Below, in pieces: positions 1 to 7,620 of a stretch of DNA of 38,695 bases (its first letter is position 1; every line of letters begins with the position of its first letter). The notes beneath the pieces were generated by a model. It was not told the DNA's origin. It made no database searches and saw only the letters and a program-made list of their open reading frames with translations. Position numbers and translations under genes: made by a program. The stretch is from a virus (lineage: Duplodnaviria > Caudoviricetes): the IMG/VR virus record IMGVR_UViG_3300012167_000007, positions 1 to 38,695 of that record; one strand, written 5' to 3'.

Positions 1-123
1 ACGATGTTGAGGTGCTTTGTTACTAACTATTCGTGCGCCACGTTACCGGCGCGCCTACCAATTACTCACGGATAGATTCTCTTCGGCGTGAAGCCTGGAA
101 TCTCGAAGTACGCCTCTTTTCTG
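1..123 (+). repeat. 123-bp direct terminal repeat, left copy
   Basis: Identical to 38573..38695 (acgatgttgaggtgc...cgcctcttttctg). Confidence 0.97.
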
Positions 124-272
124 TAAACGTTCAGGTCGTCAGCGCGCAGCTTCATGACCAGATCTTCTGCGGCCTTCTCGTCGTAGACGCGGGTCGACTG
201 GAACTCTCCCATGTCGTGGCTCAGGGCGATGATCACGTAGTAGTAGCGGGTCCCCGCGATCGTGTTGCTCAC
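66..272 (-). CDS. Hypothetical protein, 68 aa
   Basis: GTG start overlaps the upstream stop (GTGA); VSNTIAGTRYYYVIIAL... Confidence 0.65.
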   Translation of the reverse strand: MSNTIAGTRYYYVIIALSHDMGEFQSTRVYDEKAAEDLVMKLRADDLNVYRKEAYFEIPGFTPKRIYP

Positions 273-436
273 CGTCGTCGTCCGCCGAGCAACGCGCGCA
301 GCTTCCCGAACGCGGCCGGCGGCGTGTACGTCTTGCGCGCCCACGTGCGGAACCCGTCGAGCGTCGTCGGGATCGCCGCCTTGCGTTCGAGCCGGAACCG
401 GCGGCGCGCGGTGTCGATCGTGTGCACGGCGGTCAT
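269..436 (-). CDS. Hypothetical protein, 55 aa
   Basis: ATGA overlap with the upstream gene; MTAVHTIDTARRRF... Confidence 0.6.
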   Translation of the reverse strand: MTAVHTIDTARRRFRLERKAAIPTTLDGFRTWARKTYTPPAAFGKLRALLGGRRR

Positions 437-630
437 GACGGAATCTCCTCGTAGCCGACGATTTCCTTGCACGCGCGGCAAATCACCGCCCAGATGCGCT
501 TGCGCAGCCCGAACCAGGAGAAGCGCGCGACCTGTCCGCGCATGAACGGCTCGAACGGATAGCGGCAGTTCGGGCACTCCACCAGCGGCGGCGGCATCGA
601 CCGCGACGTGATCGCTTGGATGGGGCTCAT
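433..630 (-). CDS. Small zinc-ribbon protein
   Basis: CPNC and CRAC pairs; ATGA-coupled on both sides. Confidence 0.7.
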   Translation of the reverse strand: MSPIQAITSRSMPPPLVECPNCRYPFEPFMRGQVARFSWFGLRKRIWAVICRACKEIVGYEEIPS

Positions 631-1451
631 GTGATCGCCTCCTCCGGCGCGCTCGCTACATCAACGTCGGCTGCCATGAACGCCTCGTCCTCGAAATCCG
701 GCAGCGCCAGCTCGACGACGCTCTGCGAGTAGCCCGGCCATTCCTGCGCCGCCTCGCACTGGAGCAGCCGCTCGAACCAAAGACGGCACAGGCGCCGCCC
801 CAGCTCGATCGTCGCCGGCGCGATGCGGAACACCGTCACCACGAACGGCGCCGTCGCCTCGACCGCCACGACGTAGTGCTCCTCCGGGTCGGGCAGGCCC
901 GCCAGCACGGCGCCGTCGCTGTACCACGCCAGCTGGCCGTGGTAGCAGAACCGCCGCACCTTGAACGGGAAGAAGCGCGGGTCGGCCGTCTCGCCCGTCT
1001 TCAGTTCGGTGACGTGACGCCTGCCGCGCACGTCGGGCGTGCCGCGACAGAGGCGCCCTTGCAACCGCCACGTGTAGGTTTTTTCGCGCTCGCCGTCGAG
1101 CACGCTACACGCCAGCCGGTTCGCCTTTACCGCGGCGGCCATGCCGTTCGCCTTGCGATACTCGCTGGGCGACAGGATGAGCGCGTCTGGGTTCTCGTCC
1201 TTGAACGCGTCGAACATCTTCCCTGCGCGACGCCCGTATCCGTATTCGATCACCTCGACGCCGCCCAGCACCAGCGAGTGAGCCGCGCTGCCGATGTCGA
1301 TGCCACCGCCCGCCGGCCCTTCCGCGCCGAAGTAGTGCGCGGCGGACTGGGAGAAGCGCTTGAGACGCGAGAACCGCAACGCCTCGTCTGCTGGCGCTTG
1401 CGGGCGGTCCGCGTCGGCGAGGAGCTGCTGCAACTGCTCGGCGGGGCTCAT
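627..1451 (-). CDS. RecE / exonuclease VIII-like PD-(D/E)xK nuclease
   Basis: GSAAH, CRGTPD, ELKT, YHGQLAWY, VAVE..APF and WPGY motifs typical of phage ExoVIII-like (DUF3799) proteins. Confidence 0.85.
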   Translation of the reverse strand: MSPAEQLQQLLADADRPQAPADEALRFSRLKRFSQSAAHYFGAEGPAGGGIDIGSAAHSLVLGGVEVIEYGYGRRAGKMFDAFKDENPDALILSPSEYRKANGMAAAVKANRLACSVLDGEREKTYTWRLQGRLCRGTPDVRGRRHVTELKTGETADPRFFPFKVRRFCYHGQLAWYSDGAVLAGLPDPEEHYVVAVEATAPFVVTVFRIAPATIELGRRLCRLWFERLLQCEAAQEWPGYSQSVVELALPDFEDEAFMAADVDVASAPEEAIT

Positions 1452-1735
1452 GGTACGGCCTTCAGCGCCGGGCGACGCGACATGGTGTCATCGGCAGCCG
1501 CGATGAGCAGTTCGCCGAGACGACGAGCCTTCTTGGCCGTCATCAGCATCGACGTCGTGACGCCGTGGGCGTTGAGCTGCATCGACACGTTGTCCGTGCG
1601 GTCGTCTCCGGCGATCACGGCCACGTACACCGGGGCAAACAGCGCCGACAGCTTCCCGCGCGGCCGCTCCTTGGCGCCGGAGATGATCACGCGATCGTGA
1701 ATGATGCCATTGTCGTCGCGCTCGAACGCCTTCAT
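1448..1735 (-). CDS. Hypothetical protein, 95 aa
   Basis: ATGA-coupled start MKAFERDDNG; the longer upstream start overlaps the neighbouring gene. Confidence 0.65.
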   Translation of the reverse strand: MKAFERDDNGIIHDRVIISGAKERPRGKLSALFAPVYVAVIAGDDRTDNVSMQLNAHGVTTSMLMTAKKARRLGELLIAAADDTMSRRPALKAVP

Positions 1736-2139
1736 GACGCCGCCGTTTCGTCGTCGTCCGCCCCGGGCTCCCGCTCGTGTGGAGCGTCCAGCGGCGGCGT
1801 GTCCTTCACCTTCGCGCCGGGGATGCCCGGCCGAATCCGCACGCACTCGACCGTCTGCGACCCGAACTGCGTCGTCGTCGGGTAGAGCGTCACGCGCTTG
1901 CCGATCCAGCCGGCGCTGTCGAAGCCGCCGTACATCGCCGCGATGCTGCGCGCGTTCGTGATGTTGAGCGCCAGCCCCTTCTTCGCGCCCTGGAAGAACA
2001 AGATCGGTTTCTTGTTCGACTTGCCGCCGGTGCCGACGAGCGTCCCGCCCGTCACCTTCGCGATCGTCACGGTGACGTCGCGCCCCTGCAAGTCGTAGGC
2101 GTACAGATAGGCCTTATCAAAAAGTGAACGGACGTCCAT
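1732..2139 (-). CDS. Putative ssDNA-binding or annealing protein (OB-fold-like, LNxTN family)
   Basis: YLYAYDL, KGLALNITN, WIGKRVTLY, VRIRP motifs; acidic C-terminal tail; SD GGAGG; next to the exonuclease. Confidence 0.6.
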   Translation of the reverse strand: MDVRSLFDKAYLYAYDLQGRDVTVTIAKVTGGTLVGTGGKSNKKPILFFQGAKKGLALNITNARSIAAMYGGFDSAGWIGKRVTLYPTTTQFGSQTVECVRIRPGIPGAKVKDTPPLDAPHEREPGADDDETAAS

Positions 2140-2141
2140 GG

Positions 2142-2336
2142 TCAGCCTCCTTCGGTGGTTGGTGTTTCGTCGTCGTCGGAAAACAGAGCGTCGAGCACGT
2201 AGACCGCCGCATTTCTAGAGCGGTCCTCGATGATCTCGGGCGTCAGCACGTGGCCGGCGCGCACCTGAAGCGCCGCGCGGATCGCGTCGACGATGAGCTT
2301 GCCCATGACGTCGTCGGGCGCGGGGGCGAGGCTCAT
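2142..2336 (-). CDS. Hypothetical protein, 64 aa
   Basis: ATGA overlap with the HNH gene stop; MSLAPAPDDVMG... Confidence 0.65.
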   Translation of the reverse strand: MSLAPAPDDVMGKLIVDAIRAALQVRAGHVLTPEIIEDRSRNAAVYVLDALFSDDDETPTTEGG

Positions 2337-2974
2337 CGGACCTTCCTGTCGGCGCGTCGCTGGCGGCACTGCTCTCGGTTGCAGGCCAGGCAGACGCGAG
2401 CAGTCCTACCCGTGCGCCTGTTTTGCTTGTTGTACGTGTTCTCCGGCGTGAACAGATGCCCGCGAGCGCAATCTCTCTTCAGCATCTCCGGCGGAGCGCA
2501 GAGCCCATAGGCGGCTAGACTCTTCACCCGATTCACAGGCCGGTCGAAGACCTCCTGGGGGTCGCCGCCGTGGGCGTAGATGAGGCTCGCGACCGCCTTG
2601 TACGACCGGCCCGATGCCCTGCAGGCGTCGAGTAAGCACATGCGCTGCCCCAGGTACGTGACGAAGATGTTTTGGACGCGGTTGCGCGCCTGTTCCTCCC
2701 TGGTCGCCCACCGGCAGTTCCTCGGCTCGTAGTTGCCATCGTTGTCGATGCGGTCGATCGAATGGTCAGCCGATGGACGGCGACCCATGTCGGACAGGAA
2801 CGCCTCGAAGCTCCCTCGCCATCGCTCGCAGACCGTGATCCCGCGACCGCCGTAGCGCGCGTATCCGAGAAACCTCGGGTTGTAACAGCGCGTCTTCATG
2901 GCCGCCCACGCCTCGTACTCCGGCGACCTCCTTACCCCGCGCGAGGCCCCCGACGTTTCCATATGGCTTTTCAC
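2333..2974 (-). CDS. HNH endonuclease with C-terminal Zn-binding domain
   Basis: YEAWAAMKTRC, YGGRGITVCERW, SIDRIDNDGNYEPRNCRWAT..EQARN; C-terminal CARGH...ENTY...CLAC; GTGA-coupled start. Confidence 0.88.
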   Translation of the reverse strand: MKSHMETSGASRGVRRSPEYEAWAAMKTRCYNPRFLGYARYGGRGITVCERWRGSFEAFLSDMGRRPSADHSIDRIDNDGNYEPRNCRWATREEQARNRVQNIFVTYLGQRMCLLDACRASGRSYKAVASLIYAHGGDPQEVFDRPVNRVKSLAAYGLCAPPEMLKRDCARGHLFTPENTYNKQNRRTGRTARVCLACNREQCRQRRADRKVR

Positions 2975-3204
2975 GGGCGAACCTTCCGGTTCGAGCCGCA
3001 GACCTGGCACAGTCGATCGCCGCAGATGAACATCGAGGCGTCGCGGGGAATCCGGCCGAGGCAGTCGACGCAGCGTCCGTCGTCGGGGCGGGCGTCGTGG
3101 GCGCGCATCGACTCGAACACGTTCGTGATGTCGTAGCCGGGGAGCGCGTCGTCCTCGTCGTCGATGGCCTCGGGGATGCCGTCGGATTCGTCGTTGTTGA
3201 GCAT
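2971..3204 (-). CDS. Acidic zinc-ribbon protein, 77 aa, probably leaderless
   Basis: CVDC and CQVC pairs; ATG lies 7 nt after a -10 box. Confidence 0.65.
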   Translation of the reverse strand: MLNNDESDGIPEAIDDEDDALPGYDITNVFESMRAHDARPDDGRCVDCLGRIPRDASMFICGDRLCQVCGSNRKVRP

Positions 3205-3211
3205 GGGACTG

Positions 3212-3240
3212 AGATTAAGACACATAAGCTTCGCCGTCAA
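3212..3240 (-). promoter_or_regulatory. sigma70-type early promoter
   Basis: TTGACG-17 nt-TAATCT, then 7 nt to ATG 3204. Confidence 0.75.
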
Positions 3241-3317
3241 CAACAAAAGACACGGCCCCCGACGTGTACATCCCTCGCTATTCGTCGGGCTTGCGCCGGT
3301 GGGCTTCCGGGGCCGTG
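3241..3317 (-). terminator. Terminator-like multibranch hairpin with U-rich tail
   Basis: CACGGCCCC/GGGGCCGTG outer stem (3251-3259 with 3309-3317) followed on the minus strand by TCTTTTGTTG. Confidence 0.55.
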
Positions 3318-3321
3318 AGAA

Positions 3322-3789
3322 TCAGTCGGCGATGCGGGCCCAGGCGGACAGCGGCACGCCGAACCGCTTGCGCAGCGCCTCGGCGGCGGCGCGCGGGATG
3401 GGCCGACCGGCGGGGTCGCCCTTCGGCTTGTACCAGCTCTTGACCGTCGAATCGCCACGTTTCAGGTCGCGCGCCACCTCGGCGATCGTGACCCGATGGC
3501 GCAGCAGGGCGACAACGAACGGATGTTTGCGCTGGTCCATGGGCCTGCCGCGACGTGGCGCCTCGACGGTGCTTGCGTTCATCGTGTCGATTGTGTCATT
3601 CTGTCCTGGCGATGGCAAGAACGAATCCGGCCGGACCAGCGGGTAGAACGCGTCCACGATCGCCGCGCGCGCCTCTGGCGTTGGAGCTTCGCGCCGATCG
3701 ATCCATGCCCACACTGTCGGTGCCGGCAGTCCCGCCCGGTGCGCCCACGCCTCGACCAGCGCCACGATCAGCGGATGTTCGGCTCGCAC
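3322..3789 (-). CDS. Cro/Xre-like HTH regulator with two HTH-like repeats; probable short isoform from ATG 3582
   Basis: TIAEVARDLKRGDSTVKSW is a clear HTH; HPLIVAL...TVWAW repeats HPFVVAL...TVKSW. Confidence 0.7.
   Translation of the reverse strand: MRAEHPLIVALVEAWAHRAGLPAPTVWAWIDRREAPTPEARAAIVDAFYPLVRPDSFLPSPGQNDTIDTMNASTVEAPRRGRPMDQRKHPFVVALLRHRVTIAEVARDLKRGDSTVKSWYKPKGDPAGRPIPRAAAEALRKRFGVPLSAWARIAD
3590..3618 (-). promoter_or_regulatory. sigma70-type promoter inside the HTH ORF
   Basis: TTGCCA-17 nt-CACAAT with TGn extension, then 7 nt to ATG 3582. Confidence 0.65.
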
Positions 3790-3977
3790 CGGCGCAACCT
3801 ACCACGCACAAGCTGGTTCGCTACGGCTACACGTCGTGCGGGCTGATCCGGATGCGGAACCCGGGCATCGAGGTCACGATCTACGACCGGAACGTGACCT
3901 GCGGTCCGTGCATCGCCCGGCGGGACGCGTTTCGCAAGAGCGCGAAGTTCCGGGCGCGGGCGGCGGGGGTCGCGTGA
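3705..3977 (+). CDS. Small Zn-finger protein, start uncertain
   Basis: H-x8-CG...VTCGPC; stop overlaps the next GTG. Confidence 0.45.
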   Translation: MPTLSVPAVPPGAPTPRPAPRSADVRLAPAQPTTHKLVRYGYTSCGLIRMRNPGIEVTIYDRNVTCGPCIARRDAFRKSAKFRARAAGVA

Positions 3978-4297
3978 ACCGCGTGAGCAAGTCTGCGCTG
4001 CACGCGGTGGTCCTACGTGTCGTCGAGACTCGTTCGCGGTGCCCAGCGTGCGGAAAGCGTCCGGAGATATTCAACGATGGCGGCGACTGGTACGACAGGC
4101 ACATCCGCCTGACCGCGCTGTGCCACGGGTCGACGAGCTACTTCGTAAGCGAACTCGACCGCGCGATCGTTGGCCCGCAGCGCATCGTCGCCGAGCTGGC
4201 TGCTTGGATGCGCGGCCTATTCGTGCTCGACGCCTTTCCCGACATGCTGGAGCTGCTCGCGTACAACCGCGGCGCGTTGCCCGGAGCGGGCGCGTGA
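3974..4297 (+). CDS. Hypothetical Cys-containing protein, 107 aa
   Basis: GTGA-coupled on both sides; CPACG and CHG motifs. Confidence 0.65.
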   Translation: MNRVSKSALHAVVLRVVETRSRCPACGKRPEIFNDGGDWYDRHIRLTALCHGSTSYFVSELDRAIVGPQRIVAELAAWMRGLFVLDAFPDMLELLAYNRGALPGAGA

Positions 4298-4686
4298 GGT
4301 TCACGATCGAGGGGCCGCCTCGAACGAAAAAAAATAGCATGCGGATCGTGAAGTCCGGTACACGGTCTCGCCTGATCCAGTCGCGGGCCGCGATGAAGTG
4401 GGAGGATGACGCCCTGCTGCAGCTGCGGTCGCAACTGCACCGCGCACCGTCGGACCTTCCCGTCGTGGTGCTGCCGTACTACTGCGGGCCGGTGAGCATG
4501 GCCGCGACGGTCTACCGCGACCGGGCCGTCGGTGACTTGTTAAATTTCTTGTCGGCTATCAGCGACGCGCTCGAACGCGCGGGCGTGGTCAGCGACGACA
4601 AGCTGATCGTGTCGGTGGACGGGTCGCGGCTGGCGCTCGACCGCAAGCGACCGCGGGTTGAGATAGAGCTGCTACCGGCTACGTAG
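4294..4686 (+). CDS. rusA: RusA-like Holliday junction resolvase
   Basis: FTIEGPPRTKKNS, GDLLNFLSAISDAL, GVVSDDKLI, PRVEIEL. Confidence 0.85.
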   Translation: MRFTIEGPPRTKKNSMRIVKSGTRSRLIQSRAAMKWEDDALLQLRSQLHRAPSDLPVVVLPYYCGPVSMAATVYRDRAVGDLLNFLSAISDALERAGVVSDDKLIVSVDGSRLALDRKRPRVEIELLPAT

Positions 4687-5458
4687 CCGCCGGCTTGCGC
4701 GACACGAGCGGCACCAGCGCCAGGTCGATGTACCCGACCAGCGTTCCGCGCGCGCCGTCCTCGGGCCGCCAGATGTGGCGCACGACGGAGCCGCCGGTGC
4801 GCGAGCCGCGGCGGTCGGAATTGCCCTCGATCGTTTCCAGTAGCCCGCCGCCGTTCACCTCTTCGACAATCCCGCAGTGCCCCTTCCCCTTGCCGTGGTC
4901 CATGACGATGATCGCGCCGCGCACCGGCCTGTCGACCTTCGCGGCGTCGGGCGCCTGCTCCCACATCTTGAGCACGCCGGCCGTTCGCGGGCACGGGTTG
5001 AGCATCTCCAGTGCGTTCGCCGCCGCCTGAAAGCAGTGGTGCACGAAGGCGGCGCACCATGGATGCCCCGGCCCCAAGCCGACGCCCGCCAGCATCTCGT
5101 CGATGACGGGACCTGAATTCGGCGACGTCTCTTTCGTCCCGAGGAACGCGGTCGCGCAGATGACCGCGCCGTTCGTCAGGTCGCCGCCGTGGAATAGACG
5201 CTCGGGTGACACGACGGGGGTCCTTTCCTCCGCGTCGTCAATCACGCTATCGCCGGAACCGGCTGTTCCGATGACGGCGACGGCGTGTTGAGTGAGGTCG
5301 TACAGTTGGCGTTCAACAATCCTTGCAGCGTCTCGTGAAAGCTGTGGAAACGCGGCATCAGCTGCACGGAACGCGCGAGCAAGCGCCTCAGCCTTTTCCG
5401 CGCACTCCCGGAAGAGCTCGCGTTTGACGTCGAGTTCGGAGGCGCGATCATTTGACAT
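4679..5458 (-). CDS. Endolysin, CHAP-type peptidase/amidase
   Basis: PWCAAFV, GHCGIVE, TIEGN catalytic motifs; about 90 aa N-terminal extension. Confidence 0.88.
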   Translation of the reverse strand: MSNDRASELDVKRELFRECAEKAEALARAFRAADAAFPQLSRDAARIVERQLYDLTQHAVAVIGTAGSGDSVIDDAEERTPVVSPERLFHGGDLTNGAVICATAFLGTKETSPNSGPVIDEMLAGVGLGPGHPWCAAFVHHCFQAAANALEMLNPCPRTAGVLKMWEQAPDAAKVDRPVRGAIIVMDHGKGKGHCGIVEEVNGGGLLETIEGNSDRRGSRTGGSVVRHIWRPEDGARGTLVGYIDLALVPLVSRKPAAT

Positions 5459-5615
5459 CGCCCGGCGGGGCGGATCCCGGCTTCTCGTGGAACAGCCCCG
5501 CTCCCGTTCCGAGCGCTGCCGCCACCACGCCCCAGGCCACGGGGAGAATCCCGCCCGTCACCAGCGCGCCGCCCACCAGGCTCGCGAGCATCAGACCTTT
5601 GTACAGCCAATTCAT
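5448..5615 (-). CDS. Putative holin, 55 aa
   Basis: Two hydrophobic segments; directly before the endolysin; ATGA-coupled. Confidence 0.6.
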   Translation of the reverse strand: MNWLYKGLMLASLVGGALVTGGILPVAWGVVAAALGTGAGLFHEKPGSAPPGDVK

Positions 5616-5893
5616 CGTTGTTTCTTCCTTTCGCTGCGTTCCTGTTCGCGAGCGGCTCTCTGCGCGGCCGCCTCTTTCGTCTCGACGACGATCCGCCAGT
5701 CCTCCATCGCGCGATGCCGAGCTTCGCTCGCGGCCGCGTAGCGATCCCACTTGTCGATCATCTTGTCGACCTTCACCTCGACGAACTGCTGTTTAACGAG
5801 CAGTCCGCCGGCCGCGAAGACGATCGCGAGCAACGTCATCAACGGGACCTTGCTCGCCCAGTTGTGCCGGCCGGTTTTGTCCTCGTCGGTCAT
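5612..5893 (-). CDS. Single-TM membrane protein with coiled coil (lysis module)
   Basis: LMTLLAIVFAAGGLLV TM segment followed by a charged helical tail. Confidence 0.6.
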   Translation of the reverse strand: MTDEDKTGRHNWASKVPLMTLLAIVFAAGGLLVKQQFVEVKVDKMIDKWDRYAAASEARHRAMEDWRIVVETKEAAAQRAAREQERSERKKQR

Positions 5894-5910
5894 AACGGAC
5901 CGTCAGTGCG

Positions 5911-6408
5911 TCAGTTGACGTACCAGGCCTGAGAAAATATCCACTGCCCGGCCGAGAGAAACAGACTGTACAGCTTCGCTCGCGTCGCGTTCGGGCCGTG
6001 CGTGGCGAGCAGGCCACCCACTCCGTTTCTGATGATGTACGTGAAGGCCGACAGGTCCTGTACCAGGACGAACATCGTGTCACCGGCAACAGCGTTCGTC
6101 GTCTCAAGTGTCAGCTCGCGATTTGCCGTCAACGTGCCCACGGGGAGCCTGGCGGCTGCGATCGTGAGCGTCCCCGGGGCAATCGCCACCGTTGCATCCG
6201 TGAGGTCCGTTGCGTGAAACTTCGGGATGAACGCCAGAGCGTCGATGCTCATCGTCCCCGGCACCAGCGTCGTCGCCGGGATCACCAGGTTCTCACGCGA
6301 GCCGTCTGCGCTCAGCAGCTTCGCCGAACCATCGCCGTCGACGATCAGGCGTTTGGTGTCTGTCGGCGGAACGGAGACGTTTTCGCCAACGGGCAGATCG
6401 AGTGCCAT
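5911..6408 (-). CDS. Putative minor virion protein (beta-rich)
   Basis: Thr/Ala/Val-rich; SD before ATG; late region. Confidence 0.6.
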   Translation of the reverse strand: MALDLPVGENVSVPPTDTKRLIVDGDGSAKLLSADGSRENLVIPATTLVPGTMSIDALAFIPKFHATDLTDATVAIAPGTLTIAAARLPVGTLTANRELTLETTNAVAGDTMFVLVQDLSAFTYIIRNGVGGLLATHGPNATRAKLYSLFLSAGQWIFSQAWYVN

Positions 6409-6409
6409 G

Positions 6410-6799
6410 TCAGAGCCCCTTCCCTGCGAACGCGACGTCGAGCGCCGTCAGCGTGCCGCTCGTTCGGTCGTACCAGAAGCGCACCCAGCGTTCGGCGCGG
6501 TCGGCGAGCGTGATGATGTGCGTCCCGTTGTTGCTGGCCGGGTTGGTGGTCGCCTCGGTGTAGATCAGAGCCGCGGCGGGCACGGCCGCCGGCTGCTCCT
6601 GACGGGTGCTCGCGTCCACGACCGGCCCGGCGTTGCTCGCCTCGATCTTGAACACGCCGATGGCATCGGCCGAGGCCCACTGGACGTGAAACGACAGGTT
6701 GTCGACCCCCTCGACGTTCAGCCACGTCCCGACGACGTCCGCGGCGCCCCCGGCGACGTCGATGTAGTCCGGCTTGTGCTCTCGGTTTCGGTTTGACAT
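6410..6799 (-). CDS. Putative virion beta-sandwich protein
   Basis: SD AGGAG; LSFHVQW, FKIEASN, RWVRFWY pattern; preceded by the late motif. Confidence 0.65.
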   Translation of the reverse strand: MSNRNREHKPDYIDVAGGAADVVGTWLNVEGVDNLSFHVQWASADAIGVFKIEASNAGPVVDASTRQEQPAAVPAAALIYTEATTNPASNNGTHIITLADRAERWVRFWYDRTSGTLTALDVAFAGKGL

Positions 6800-6822
6800 G
6801 GCGCTCCTATGCCCTCGTCAAT

Positions 6823-6836
6823 GCACCAGCGTCACG
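6823..6836 (-). promoter_or_regulatory. Late-gene motif copy CGTGACGCTGGTGC
   Basis: One of five copies of the 14-bp motif before structural genes. Confidence 0.65.
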
Positions 6837-7620
6837 CGGCCGACTTCTGCGACGGCAACAGCTCGTCGGTGGGCTTGATGGACCGGCTGCTTTGCTTGCC
6901 CGGCGGGGCCTGCTGTGGCGGGGCCAGGTCGGCGAAATCGTTGGCCAGGTCCAGGTCGATCGGGTCCTCCTGTAGGAGGATCTTGATCTGCCGGTCCTGG
7001 TCGTCGGTGACGTCCCACTTCTCGCCGCGGCGGCCCTTCATCGTGGCGATGGCGTCGTCGAGCAGCCCGCCCTCGCCCGCCAGCAGCTCGTAGATCGCTG
7101 GGTAGGCCGCCGCCAGCGCGCCGACCATGACCATGTCCAGGGCGCCCACGGTCATCGCCTTGACCGCCGACAGCGGGTCGACAGCGACGCGCCACGCCCG
7201 CACGAACCGGTCGAGCTCGTACGGCTCCGGCGGCGACACCTCGAGGCGCGCCGTCGTCTTGGTCACGCGCCGGGGCTGGGCGTTCTGCAGATACTCGATC
7301 GCGGTGGTCGCGGCGGCCAGCACCGCATCCTGAATGTCGTCGGGTAGCGCGTCGAACAGGGCCGCGTTCTGTTCCTCACCGACGTCGCGCAGGAGGTCCG
7401 ACACGGTCTGATAGTCGAAGTCGGGCTCTTCCTCGTCGTCAGGCTCGGGCTCGCGGACCGCCAGCGCCTTGAGCAGCAGCGCGCGGGCGCGCTTCGTGAA
7501 GCTGGCAGCGTCGTTCTGCCGCTCGACGGTGAAGCTCGGATCGCCGCGGAGGATGGCGTCGAGGCCGAGCGCGGCGACGATCGCCTCGCCGGGGAGGCCT
7601 TCGGGCTCGGGGGCGATCAC
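6832..7620 (-). CDS. Hypothetical helical protein, ejection module
   Basis: 262 aa, GTGA-coupled to the upstream ejection gene. Confidence 0.7.
   Translation of the reverse strand: MIAPEPEGLPGEAIVAALGLDAILRGDPSFTVERQNDAASFTKRARALLLKALAVREPEPDDEEEPDFDYQTVSDLLRDVGEEQNAALFDALPDDIQDAVLAAATTAIEYLQNAQPRRVTKTTARLEVSPPEPYELDRFVRAWRVAVDPLSAVKAMTVGALDMVMVGALAAAYPAIYELLAGEGGLLDDAIATMKGRRGEKWDVTDDQDRQIKILLQEDPIDLDLANDFADLAPPQQAPPGKQSSRSIKPTDELLPSQKSAA

Noticed and set aside
15-45. dif-like XerCD site
   Set aside because: Only a vague resemblance; no TTATGTTAAA-like XerD arm.
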